This document shows, in pieces, positions 9,276 through 17,898 of a stretch of DNA of 64,000 nt (its first letter is position 1; every line of letters starts with the position of its first letter). Under the pieces are notes generated by a model. That model saw nothing but the letters and a program-made list of their open reading frames with translations. It was not told the DNA's origin and did no database searches. The position numbers and the translations under genes are program-made. Origin of the DNA: an uncultured Alphaproteobacteria bacterium (lineage in GTDB: Bacteria; Pseudomonadota; Alphaproteobacteria; CAAHEQ01; UBA3637); NCBI GenBank assembly GCA_944392555.1, contig CALXWZ010000001.1, positions 1,810 to 65,809 of the forward strand, read 5' to 3'.

Positions 9276-10853
9276 TCAACCTTGAACCTCTATAATACTT
9301 TTTTTTAGTACTTTTAGTATCTTTTCTCTTTTCATTTCCATTATCTCGGGATGTGTAGAATAAATAGAAAATATCGTATCTCCATTTTTAATAAGATCAT
9401 TCGGGCGGTGGTATAACAATATACCATTTAAAGATTTTTCACTGATGCCAAATTCATATCTAGCACCACCCAACTCAAAATTTACTAAATTTCCAATATC
9501 TCTCTGATTTATTCCTCTCAGTGTAAAATCCTTATTCGAAATAACATTAATATCTGTTTTTTTCAGTCCTATAACTTCTGCAAAGGATTTTTCTAACATA
9601 TCTTTTGCATTTTTTTCAGAAACACCATGAGCTAATAATAATTTTTCTAAATTTTTCTTGGCTGTTCCATCTTGTATTAAATTTTCTGCTAAAATTGAAG
9701 CATCAAAAGAATTATCACCTGTTACTTTTTTCATTATCATTGATAAAAATTTAAACAGAATTTTCTTCTGTTCCTTAATTCCCGCTATATTCCAAGAGAT
9801 TTTGCTATTTCCCGTTAATATATAAAAAGCTTCTTCCACCTCCAAAGGATTCCCAATGCTTGATCCTTTTGGAAAAGGGGTATCTGTATATGTGATATCA
9901 ACAGATATTCCTCTTTTGATAAGAAAACTTTTTATCAAATTAGACATTCTCATAGCATCATCTTTTTTATCAAAAAAAGCACCACTCCCATATCTAGTAT
10001 CTAAAATTAAGTAATCACATGGTATTGCTAATTGTTTACTAGCTATGCTTGAAGCCGCTAATTCAACAGACTCAACACTTCCAGTTAGACTTCTTAATTG
10101 ATATAATATTCTATCAGCAGGACACATATCACTCTTAGATACAGTCATAGATACATTGCACTTTTTTAACATATCTATACTATCAAGACCTGGATTAGGA
10201 AATTTAAAATCAGGAATTGATGACATTTTATCCCATGTTCCACCAGTAAAGCCAAGACTGCGTGCTACTGTAAAGGGAGACTTGATATCATACTTATCAG
10301 AAATAGACATAAGCATTGTGGGTAATAACAATGCTATTTTTTCAGAAACCCCTCCTGTAGGATATCTTCGGGTGAAAAATGATGTCGGGAAGTATTTTTT
10401 GTAATCATAAACATTTCCACTTTTAGTCATTGCTATAGTTAAGAGATATGTATTCTCTTCAGATAACCCTTTTTGACAAACAAGCATGCTCCAAAAGCTA
10501 ACATCTGCAAGAGGTATTTCTCCAGATGTAAATCCCTCAACAAAATTATTGATTTCCTCCTCAGAAAACGTTTCCTTGAGAAGTGTTTTTTTTATGATTA
10601 TTTGAGATTTTCTTGAACAATTTTCCTCATTTAATTCTACTGCTTTTAAAATATTTTCATATTTTATTAGCCAAGAAGAATTTTTCAACAATAATGTCTT
10701 TAAATTTTCATTATCTGTTTTTTTATAGAGTAACGATAAGCAAAAAAGAGAGGCTTTTTGCTCATCACTGATTGAATACAATAATGTTTCATCAATATGG
10801 GGGATATTTTTTGTATTTTTTATTTCTTCATACAGTTTTTGAAGCATTATCAT
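9276..10853 (-). CDS. pyrimidine-nucleoside (thymidine)/AMP phosphorylase-family protein (glycosyl transferase family 3) with ~100-aa N-terminal extension
   Basis: GFTGGTWDKMSSIPDF matches the G(H)TGGTxDKLESIPGF phosphate-binding motif of thymidine phosphorylase. Downstream LTGNS and size also fit; 525 aa. Very AT-rich. Confidence 0.7.
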   Translation of the reverse strand: MIMLQKLYEEIKNTKNIPHIDETLLYSISDEQKASLFCLSLLYKKTDNENLKTLLLKNSSWLIKYENILKAVELNEENCSRKSQIIIKKTLLKETFSEEEINNFVEGFTSGEIPLADVSFWSMLVCQKGLSEENTYLLTIAMTKSGNVYDYKKYFPTSFFTRRYPTGGVSEKIALLLPTMLMSISDKYDIKSPFTVARSLGFTGGTWDKMSSIPDFKFPNPGLDSIDMLKKCNVSMTVSKSDMCPADRILYQLRSLTGSVESVELAASSIASKQLAIPCDYLILDTRYGSGAFFDKKDDAMRMSNLIKSFLIKRGISVDITYTDTPFPKGSSIGNPLEVEEAFYILTGNSKISWNIAGIKEQKKILFKFLSMIMKKVTGDNSFDASILAENLIQDGTAKKNLEKLLLAHGVSEKNAKDMLEKSFAEVIGLKKTDINVISNKDFTLRGINQRDIGNLVNFELGGARYEFGISEKSLNGILLYHRPNDLIKNGDTIFSIYSTHPEIMEMKREKILKVLKKSIIEVQG

Positions 10854-11235
10854 ATTCCTCTAATGCAGAAATAATATCATTCGGAATCCCTAATTTTAAT
10901 TGTTTTAATTCTTCTAAAGGAAAGAAACAATATCCATCGCATTTGGTTGTTTCCATTACTTTTAAATTTTCCAAATCAAAATCAGAACACACAAAATAAA
11001 AACCATGCCAAGGCTCATTATTAAATGAGCAATCAGTTTCATATAAAAGATGTAATTTTGTTTTTTTTAAATTCAATTCCTCATCCAATTCTCTGAGGGC
11101 TGCGATTTCTGAACTTTCACCTGGATCTATCTTTCCTCCAGGGAAATTCCAAGCATTGTACCATGTTCCTTTTACTTCTTTTATTAGTAAATATTTATTA
11201 CTCTTTTTAATAATAAGCCTAACAAATTCTTTCAT
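10828..11235 (-). CDS. NUDIX hydrolase
   Basis: GGKIDPGESSEIAALRELDEELNL is a canonical Nudix box (GX5EX7REUXEEXGU). 135 aa. Start overlaps the stop of the upstream kinase gene. Confidence 0.8.
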   Translation of the reverse strand: MKEFVRLIIKKSNKYLLIKEVKGTWYNAWNFPGGKIDPGESSEIAALRELDEELNLKKTKLHLLYETDCSFNNEPWHGFYFVCSDFDLENLKVMETTKCDGYCFFPLEELKQLKLGIPNDIISALEEYDNASKTV

Positions 11236-11900
11236 TATATTTCCCTTTCGGAGCTTATATTTAACAACGGATAATTTATTAATTTTTGTTGAAATGACTC
11301 TTTTTTTATTATTAAAGCTGTTTTTTCTGGAGAACCAAATTCTTGATTTATTTCAACATACTTTTTACCAAAATCTAAACAATATTGCTGAGCAGCATTC
11401 AACAAATGTGTCTGTAATTGAAAACATTCTTTCTTAAAAGATTCCAATTTGTCAAGGTCCCGTCCTCGACTTTCTATAAATTGTTCCCATACTGTGTCAG
11501 ATATCTTTAAGCCCACGACAATATCAGCATTTGGAAGACTCTCATAATCAGTTTTAGACATTTCTTGTGTCGCTTTAAAATAGGGATCGTCAGGAGATAT
11601 AAGCCAATTTAATCCTGGCTTGCCAAGATATAAATGTATTAGTTTGTCGTAATATGTATCTAATAGAACATTTTCTCCTTTTTTGTTTATCTCATCTGCA
11701 TCAAATAATTGCTTTACTCTTACACCACGAAACCACGTGATTCCTGTGAATAATCCATAAGTTTCTCTATTTTTAACAATTTCAGGCCATTCTTTTTCCT
11801 CAGGTTCCAAAAAAACTGTTGCGCCAATGCTTTTAGATAATGCTTTCGCTGTGCTTGATTTTCCGGTTCCAGGAATTCCGGCAATTACAATCATTGTCAT
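11235..11900 (-). CDS. P-loop nucleoside/nucleotide kinase (deoxynucleoside-kinase-like)
   Basis: Walker A IAGIPGTGKSSTAKAL at the N-terminus. FLEPEEKEWPE resembles the EPxxxW substrate motif of dNK-family kinases. 221 aa. Overlaps both neighbours. Confidence 0.6.
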   Translation of the reverse strand: MTMIVIAGIPGTGKSSTAKALSKSIGATVFLEPEEKEWPEIVKNRETYGLFTGITWFRGVRVKQLFDADEINKKGENVLLDTYYDKLIHLYLGKPGLNWLISPDDPYFKATQEMSKTDYESLPNADIVVGLKISDTVWEQFIESRGRDLDKLESFKKECFQLQTHLLNAAQQYCLDFGKKYVEINQEFGSPEKTALIIKKESFQQKLINYPLLNISSEREI

Positions 11901-12580
11901 ATTTCTCTCCCTTTGTTATTTATCTGATAATTTAAAAAGTTATTGTCAAAATATCGCTTTCTTATTTCTTTCACAATTATTTTTTCTATATCATTCGTGG
12001 ATTTATTAGCATTTAAACACAAAAATCTATCTTTTTCATTCATGCTTATTGTCAAAAATCCTTTTTTTACACGCTCTCTATAACTTAAGCTCTTTTCATC
12101 AAAAACGTCTAAATGGCCTCTTGTTTCTATTCTTCTTTGTGAGATATCAACAGGAATATTGAGAAGAATAGTTAAGTCAGGTCTTATGTTCTCAAAACTG
12201 AATTTGCGTAAATCAGAAAATTTTCTAATAAACTCTTCATCTTGATTTTCGAATCCTTGATAAGCAAGAGTACTATCAAAAAATCTATCACAAATGACCC
12301 ATTTGCCTTCATATAAAGCAGGTTTTATTACATTGTTGTATGTATCTTTCCGTGCGGCCATAAAAAGCATTGAAGAAACAAAAGAATCTATTGGTGCTTT
12401 TTGTTCTTCCATCATTATGACTGACCTTATGTTTTTTGCTAGTGAAGTACCCTTTGTATCAACAACTTGGATATTTGGGATATTTTGTGATGTTAAATAA
12501 TCCGAAAGAAACTTAGAAAGAGTAGTTTTTCCAGAACCATCTATCCCCTCAAAGGTAATAAATTTCCCTTTTTTATTCAT
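11897..12580 (-). CDS. tmk: thymidylate kinase (dTMP kinase)
   Basis: ITFEGIDGSGKTT (Tmk P-loop), DRFFDSTLAYQG (DRY/lid region), ~225 aa from M15 (MNKKGKFITFEG). Stop overlaps the start of the next gene. Confidence 0.85.
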   Translation of the reverse strand: MNKKGKFITFEGIDGSGKTTLSKFLSDYLTSQNIPNIQVVDTKGTSLAKNIRSVIMMEEQKAPIDSFVSSMLFMAARKDTYNNVIKPALYEGKWVICDRFFDSTLAYQGFENQDEEFIRKFSDLRKFSFENIRPDLTILLNIPVDISQRRIETRGHLDVFDEKSLSYRERVKKGFLTISMNEKDRFLCLNANKSTNDIEKIIVKEIRKRYFDNNFLNYQINNKGREI

Positions 12581-12672
12581 TATACATTCCTTCGTTTTAC
12601 TTCGCGAGGATGAACATATCATAAACTAAATAAAAATACAAGATGTAATTCCACGCTAATTTATTCGTAATG

Positions 12673-12912
12673 CTAAAAACATACCTTTATAACTCGGCGT
12701 TTGTAATAAGAAGTTCCCGCAGCAGAGCTGATTTGTTCTTTAAGAGATGAAATATAGATTTCTAATTCTTTACGATTAGCCTGATTATAAGTAACGGAAC
12801 CAAAACCGCCCACATTAACTGAAACTTCCTGCGCACTAATCATGAGTTTATGGTAGGCTTCTTCAGCCTCTACCAGTCTTGTTTTCAATACTTCTATGTT
12901 TGTTATAGCCAT
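12673..12912 (-). CDS. phage head-tail joining protein, gpW-like
   Basis: 79 aa. MAITNIEVLKTRLVEAEEAYHKLM... follows the lambda gpW pattern (helix, AxxALH-LMtG, ...YI.EL..Q). Lies between a terminase remnant and the (interrupted) portal region. Confidence 0.45.
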   Translation of the reverse strand: MAITNIEVLKTRLVEAEEAYHKLMISAQEVSVNVGGFGSVTYNQANRKELEIYISSLKEQISSAAGTSYYKRRVIKVCF

Positions 12913-13367
12913 GGGTCATTCACCTTTGTTGGTTGCATTTGAATAAATCGTTTTTTCTTTTGAACCGGAACAGCCGAGCTTTGGGCCGGAATAACGGCTT
13001 CCAACTCTTGCCATGCCTTTTCACTTAATCGGTCAAGACCATAAATTGCAGCTCCGGCACGCGCATAAACGCGGCAGTCTAAGGCTTCGTTCCGCCGAGC
13101 CGGGTCTTTTTCCCATACTGGTTTCGGATAGCCGTTACTGATTTTTACGACCTGTCGCATCCCGTTGTCATCGTAGCCGCCTTTGCCGGTTAAAAACCCG
13201 TAATCGGCCATCGGGTTTTCACAAACCGCTTTATAAGCTTCTTCGTCTAAACGGATGGTTTCGGCGACCTTAACTTCGGTTGCTTCGTTGCCGTATCTTT
13301 TGGTTAACTCCATGACTTCTTCTAAGTCACTCGGTTTTCGTACTAAGTAGGTTTTAACTGTTTTCAT
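12903..13367 (-). CDS. terminase large subunit C-terminal remnant (lambda gpA-like)
   Basis: RRNEALDCRVYARAGAAIYGL resembles the conserved C-terminal NEALDxxVYAxAA segment of lambda-family TerL. Only ~154 codons; no ATPase domain is present upstream (the MTase gene ends at 13447). Confidence 0.4.
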   Translation of the reverse strand: MKTVKTYLVRKPSDLEEVMELTKRYGNEATEVKVAETIRLDEEAYKAVCENPMADYGFLTGKGGYDDNGMRQVVKISNGYPKPVWEKDPARRNEALDCRVYARAGAAIYGLDRLSEKAWQELEAVIPAQSSAVPVQKKKRFIQMQPTKVNDPWL

Positions 13368-13446
13368 TTTAAGCTCCTTTTGTTCTTGTTTTTCAAGGCG
13401 TTCTCTGCCTTTCCTTACAATTACATTGTTGCTTGGAATTCGAAAT

Positions 13447-14400
13447 TTATCCAGTTAATTCTGCATCATTTTCTGTTATTTCTTCTTTATTTTCAATAAG
13501 TTGGGCTTTGTTTCCGGTATATTCCTCCCAACGCCCGATAATGACGTCACAAAACTTCGGATCTAGCTCAATTAATCGGGCAGAACGATCCGTTTTTTCG
13601 CACGCAATCAGCGTCGAGCCGGAACCTCCGAAACCATCTAAAACGATATTCCCGATTTTAGAGCTGTTATTGATAGCTCTTTCCACCAGTTCAACCGGCT
13701 TCATTGTCGGGTGTAAGTCGTTTTTGACCGGTTTATTGTATTCCCAAACGTCTGCCTGATCCCGATCACCACACCAATGGTGCTTTTGTTCGGCGTTCCA
13801 ACCGTAAAGAATAGGCTCATATTGTCGCTGATAATCGGCTCGGCCAAGGGTAAAGGTGTTCTTTTTCCAAATGATGAAGGTCGACCACTTGCCACCGGCA
13901 TTGATGAACGAGTTATAAAGGGTATGCAGTTCAGATGAACTCATGCACACATAGGCGGCACCTTTACAATACATCATCATATTTGATAAGCTATCCGTCA
14001 GAAACTGAGCAAAACCTTCGCCAAGGTTATCATTCATAATCTTTCGGCCACCAAGTGAACCGGCATGATAGCGAATGCTGTCTTTCATGGTGGAGCCATA
14101 GTTTACGTTATATGGAGGATCTGTGAAAATCATATCGGCGACTTCGTCCTGCATTAGCTTTTTAACGTCATCAAGCATAGTGGTATCGCCACAAATCAGA
14201 CGGTGTCTGCCCAGTTGCCAAATATCACCACGTTTCGTGATGGCTTCCTCGGGTGCTTCTGGAACTTCATCGTCTTCGGTATTACCGGACGACTTTTTCT
14301 CACCGAACAGTTGGATTTCATTCAACTCATCCGGGTTAAACCCAAGCAGATTCAAATCAAAGTCCAATTCCGAGAGTTCTTCCATCTCAAGGTGGAGCAT
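13447..14400 (-). CDS. DNA N6-adenine/N4-cytosine methyltransferase domain (DPPY; FGGSGST), C-terminal part of a frameshifted ParB-N::MTase fusion
   Basis: IFTDPPYNVNYG (motif IV) followed by VLDGFGGSGSTLIA (motif I) gives a beta-class amino-MTase order. N-terminal DFDLNLLGF linker is typical of phage ParB-MTase fusions. Confidence 0.75.
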   Translation of the reverse strand: MLHLEMEELSELDFDLNLLGFNPDELNEIQLFGEKKSSGNTEDDEVPEAPEEAITKRGDIWQLGRHRLICGDTTMLDDVKKLMQDEVADMIFTDPPYNVNYGSTMKDSIRYHAGSLGGRKIMNDNLGEGFAQFLTDSLSNMMMYCKGAAYVCMSSSELHTLYNSFINAGGKWSTFIIWKKNTFTLGRADYQRQYEPILYGWNAEQKHHWCGDRDQADVWEYNKPVKNDLHPTMKPVELVERAINNSSKIGNIVLDGFGGSGSTLIACEKTDRSARLIELDPKFCDVIIGRWEEYTGNKAQLIENKEEITENDAELTG

Positions 14401-14420
14401 CTCTTCATCCCATCCGGCAT

Positions 14421-14714
14421 TTAGAGCAATCTGTTGTCGGCAATGACCAAGGCCCGGCGTTGCGTTTCGGTCAAGTGTGGTAAACGGATAACCGGTACCT
14501 CTGTCATACCAAGGCGTTGTGCTGCCATCAATCGGCCGTGACCGGCGATTATAACGTCATCATCTCCAATCAGGATTGGATTAGTAAATCCGAACTCTTT
14601 AATGCTCGCCACAATTTGGGCGATTTGTTCATCATTATGTGTCCGGGAATTTCGGGCATATGGGATGAGCTTTTCGGTAGGATATTTTTCATTAAATTCC
14701 ATGTAATTCTCCAT
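14421..14714 (-). CDS. ParB/Srx N-terminal nuclease-like domain (GHGR motif), N-terminal part of the frameshifted ParB-N::MTase fusion
   Basis: ILIGDDDVIIAGHGRLMAAQRLGMTEVPVIRLPHLTETQRRALVIADNRL is a ParB N-domain. Continuing in the -1 frame gives ...ALNAGWDEEMLHLEMEEL..., joining the MTase ORF. A single missing G near 14428 breaks the fusion. Confidence 0.7.
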   Translation of the reverse strand: MENYMEFNEKYPTEKLIPYARNSRTHNDEQIAQIVASIKEFGFTNPILIGDDDVIIAGHGRLMAAQRLGMTEVPVIRLPHLTETQRRALVIADNRLL

Positions 14715-14907
14715 AAAAAATGCAAAGTGACCAGCCAGATTTTGAAATGACCAGTCAGAAAAAACAAGACACCCTCAAACCCCAATAAACACAAGGGTTT
14801 CCGAGTATGGATGACCAGTAAAGAAAAAGGTGTCTCGCTAAAAAAATCGGGCGGCTTGCGTCCCCGCATACGAACAGAGGCCAGGAAGGACCCGTTGCTC
14901 CGGAGCT

Positions 14908-15046
14908 GTCCGAGATAGTATCTCGTTAGTATGATACTAACCACCCAAACGGGCCAAAACCCGAGAGAGTATGTTGATAGTATGATACTATCCGGCAATT
15001 CTGCCCAAAAGTCGGGATTATATGTCGATAGTATGATATGTTCCGC
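14908..15046. repeat. 3 x ~51-bp tandem repeat, each unit containing the 13-bp palindrome TAGTAT-G-ATACTA (third copy degenerate)
   Basis: Palindrome copies at 14927..14939, 14978..14990 and ~15029..15040 (TAGTATGATATG), giving an exact 51-bp period. The flanking segments are also similar (ccgagaGAGTATgttgaTAGTATGATACTAtccggcaattctgcccaaaagt). Confidence 0.7.
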
Positions 15047-15058
15047 CAAATTCGGGGA

Positions 15059-16060
15059 TTATACCAAACCATTTCGACATAGTCGGGCATAAACCGGTTT
15101 AGTTAGGTCTAACTCTTCAACCAGTTCAACCGGGGTTTTGTTCACAGAAATTGCTGTGTTGGTTTCGACAACTGACTTGATAGTTTTGACTACGGCACTG
15201 GGAAGTTCGGAACGGCCGATGCAGGAGGAGAGATAAACAAAGCACTCGTCGTTATCTTCCAAATAACGGAGAGCTAACCTGCGAGCGTAGATATTTAATG
15301 TCACATCGGCCTTGCTGCCGTCTTTCGTCCAAGGGGAACCACCACCAATCGGACAGGCGGTAGAGTAAAAATCGCAGGCTAATTTGCGACCGGTAATGCC
15401 GCAGTCTGCGATGGAGGAATGTAATTTGAAACTTCCGGTGCCATTTACGATGATATTGTCAGGCTTTTCTCCGAGTACATCAATGATAAAATCTGTTAGA
15501 TCTTCCGGTTCTTTCATCGGAATTGCAACAACAGCCGTCTCAATGCGGCCGTAGTCGTTCAAGGTAATCTGTGTTTTTATATCAATGCCAAGGTTTTTAC
15601 TTTGGCGTGCCCGTATATAAAGGGCATTATTTAGAATACGGGCAAGATAAAGCTCTCGGTTTATCAAACCTTCGCCTTTACAGGCATAACCGATAAACAC
15701 GCCTTGATCACCCCAACCATTGGAAACAACGCCTTGATTTATGTCTGCTGATTGCTGACTGATGAGGTTGATGACTTCGATTTTGCGAACATCTATGGCA
15801 TTTTGTCCCCACACTTCGGCGTATTTTTCATCATAACCGATATCTCTCAGGGCATTTTTAACGAACTCTTTGACATCTGACAGGACAACTTTTCCTTTGA
15901 TTTCGCCTCCTAAAACGATGGTGTTGTCTTTGATCATCACCTCGACGGCATATTTGACGTCCGGGTCTTGGGCGATCATGCGGTCAAGGATATAACTGGA
16001 AATATAGTCAGCCGTTTTGTCCGGGTGTCCGAGCGAAACGAACTCTGCGGTTTTCTTCAT
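15059..16060 (-). CDS. short divergent S-adenosylmethionine synthetase (MetK-like, 333 aa)
   Basis: SLGHPDKTADYISSYILDRMIAQDP (GHPDK.AD.IS..ILD), QQSADINQGV, GDQGVFIGYA and GRKLACDFY align with conserved MetK blocks (GHPDKIAD, QSPDINQGV, GDQGLMFGYA, GRKIIVDTYGG). It is ~50 aa shorter than bacterial MetK. Confidence 0.7.
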   Translation of the reverse strand: MKKTAEFVSLGHPDKTADYISSYILDRMIAQDPDVKYAVEVMIKDNTIVLGGEIKGKVVLSDVKEFVKNALRDIGYDEKYAEVWGQNAIDVRKIEVINLISQQSADINQGVVSNGWGDQGVFIGYACKGEGLINRELYLARILNNALYIRARQSKNLGIDIKTQITLNDYGRIETAVVAIPMKEPEDLTDFIIDVLGEKPDNIIVNGTGSFKLHSSIADCGITGRKLACDFYSTACPIGGGSPWTKDGSKADVTLNIYARRLALRYLEDNDECFVYLSSCIGRSELPSAVVKTIKSVVETNTAISVNKTPVELVEELDLTKPVYARLCRNGLV

Positions 16061-16216
16061 AATTTCTCCTTTTTGCTTATAAAAAAAAGCCCGACAGATG
16101 AACTGCCGAGCCGGATACTATATGTAAAAATGTATAAACGGGACGATTGCATAGAACCATCCCGATTATACCCATAAATTACACCTAAAAAGGCAAAAGT
16201 GTAAAGCACAAAGATG

Positions 16217-16603
16217 TCAATGACATTTTTTAGGGATTTCACCGAATTGGATTTTGATGATTGCTTTGTCGTACCGGACAGCCAAAACCTGCCGAGAAAC
16301 GCCAAATTCCCGACATAAAAACTTCCAAGGTATCCGGTTAGCTCGCTTCCACACAATTCTGCGTTCCTCCTTTTCTAAAAGTGGAAGCCATACCAAAACA
16401 ACCATCTCCCATAGCCCGACTTGCTCTTGCGTTGGCCGGGGACGGATCGACCGCCTGTCCATAAAAGCTATTTCTTGGGCAGTGTAAACGATTTGTGGCA
16501 TAAAACACCGATATTTTGGTGAGCGGACCGGCGGCAACAGCCGTTCCACATAAGCGGCCGTTTCCAAGATATTTTTGATATCATCAACGCTCTTAACTTT
16601 CAT
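16217..16603 (-). CDS. phage regulatory protein-like (possible sigma-70 region-4-type HTH)
   Basis: C-terminal EERRIVWKRANRIPWKFLCREFGVSRQVLAVRYDKAI resembles an HTH. Lies in the phage-derived block. Confidence 0.3.
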   Translation of the reverse strand: MKVKSVDDIKNILETAAYVERLLPPVRSPKYRCFMPQIVYTAQEIAFMDRRSIRPRPTQEQVGLWEMVVLVWLPLLEKEERRIVWKRANRIPWKFLCREFGVSRQVLAVRYDKAIIKIQFGEIPKKCH

Positions 16604-17258
16604 GGTACACCGCCTTTACTTTTCCAAGCATATCTGCACACACGTCCGAGAAAGTCTCCATTTCACTGAGTGACAGTCCGTTTTCTTTGCAAAACCATTT
16701 TCGAACCGCTTTACGCCAGTCAACGGCAATATACTTCTTGCCATTCATCCAACCACGCTCTTCATGCCAACGCACAAAAGCTATCGGGTCAATCGCATAA
16801 CCACTTTCCTGTGCATAGGCCGCTACTTCCTCAACCGTTGGCGCACCGACATATTCCGACTTATCCACACAATCCGCCCCTTTATCTTTATCTCCATTAT
16901 CATATTCATTATCCGATTCATTCTCTTTCTCCGACTCACCCGTGTGGGGTAGTGGAACTTTTGCTTGATGGTTGCTTGAGCTTTGCTTGGATTTTGCTTG
17001 ACGTTTGCTTCCGCCTTTAGAACCATTTGCTTGGCGTTTTTCGCAGATTTCCTTATATTTGGCGTTGTTTTTATCAATAGTAGTTTGCAAAGTTTCTAAC
17101 CGCTTATTTACAACATCTGATAATTTTATGGATAGGTCGCCGTAATAATTTATTTCGCAAAGCGCAATTATTAAATCCGCTACCTGACTTTTTCGGAAGT
17201 TATGCACAGCTGACAAAAATTCCGCTGGAAAGAAAACAAAAGAATTTTTTCTATCCAT
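16593..17258 (-). CDS. phage replisome-organizer-like protein
   Basis: C-terminal TVEEVAAYAQESGYAIDPIAFVRWHEERGWMNGK resembles the conserved phage C-terminal domain found in replisome organizers. Acidic/low-complexity middle. Confidence 0.35.
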   Translation of the reverse strand: MDRKNSFVFFPAEFLSAVHNFRKSQVADLIIALCEINYYGDLSIKLSDVVNKRLETLQTTIDKNNAKYKEICEKRQANGSKGGSKRQAKSKQSSSNHQAKVPLPHTGESEKENESDNEYDNGDKDKGADCVDKSEYVGAPTVEEVAAYAQESGYAIDPIAFVRWHEERGWMNGKKYIAVDWRKAVRKWFCKENGLSLSEMETFSDVCADMLGKVKAVYHES

Positions 17259-17549
17259 TTAGTCCTCCTTTGTCAGATTCACGACCATGATAATTTGTTT
17301 TTTCGGTTTATTTCCGCCACCGCTTTGGTTGCTCAGCTTTTTGATGCGCATGATGCCTTGAATCCATTTAAGGGATAAAACGGCCAGACGGTACGCCTTA
17401 CTATTGTTTAGGCCAAACGCCTTCAACTGTTCAATTTCAAGTTTTACTTCTTTTTCCCAGTAGGACAGTTGGCGTTGATCGAACTCCAACATTTTTCCAA
17501 CGGGAATGGTTTTGATACATTCATAAATCGTTGTTTTTTGCTTTTTCAT
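17259..17549 (-). CDS. hypothetical small protein; its 5' leader carries the ~55-bp repeat
   Basis: 96-aa ORF with RBS AAAGGA upstream. Immediately downstream of the repeat at 17581..17636. Confidence 0.3.
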   Translation of the reverse strand: MKKQKTTIYECIKTIPVGKMLEFDQRQLSYWEKEVKLEIEQLKAFGLNNSKAYRLAVLSLKWIQGIMRIKKLSNQSGGGNKPKKQIIMVVNLTKED

Positions 17550-17580
17550 GACATTTAATCCTTTCGTTTCAGGTCATTAC

Positions 17581-17636
17581 GAAAGGTAAAAAGCCCGGAA
17601 GTCGATTTTTGCTCCCTCAAAAATGCAAAAAAATTT
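17581..17636. repeat. ~55-bp direct repeat, copy 1 (35-nt identical core AAAGGTAAAAAGCCCGGAAGTCGATTTTTGCTCCC); left boundary of the AT-rich cassette
   Basis: Near-identical to 25545..25600. Followed by the TTTGTAAC..ATTGATTTTTAAT motif at 17647..17672. Confidence 0.8.
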
Positions 17637-17898
17637 CAGCCATTTTGTAACTTATTGATTTTTAATAAACAAAAAATGTAAGAGAAACAACTTTTTAGGC
17701 CGATTTTTTGGATTGTCATAAAAGTTGTTCCTTTTACAAACTTCGTTGTTTAATTCAGCGTTTTTTTTGCTGGTGAAACTTTAATTGCAAATTACTTCAC
17801 CGCGTTTGTCAAAGTCGCAAAGTGTTAAAAGATGCGATTAAATAAACTTTTTTCGGGAATAAAACTTCACTCCAATCTGGCGAGGTTATTGTTTATGC

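Noticed and set aside
14908-15046. Possible CRISPR array (short direct repeats with intervening sequence)
   Set aside because: Only three units. The 'spacers' are themselves similar to each other (a 51-bp tandem repeat). The repeat contains an operator-like palindrome, and no cas genes are nearby.
14517-15049. ORFs 14570..15049(-) and 14517..14750(+)
   Set aside because: They span the tandem-repeat region and overlap the ParB-domain gene out of frame. No coding signal.
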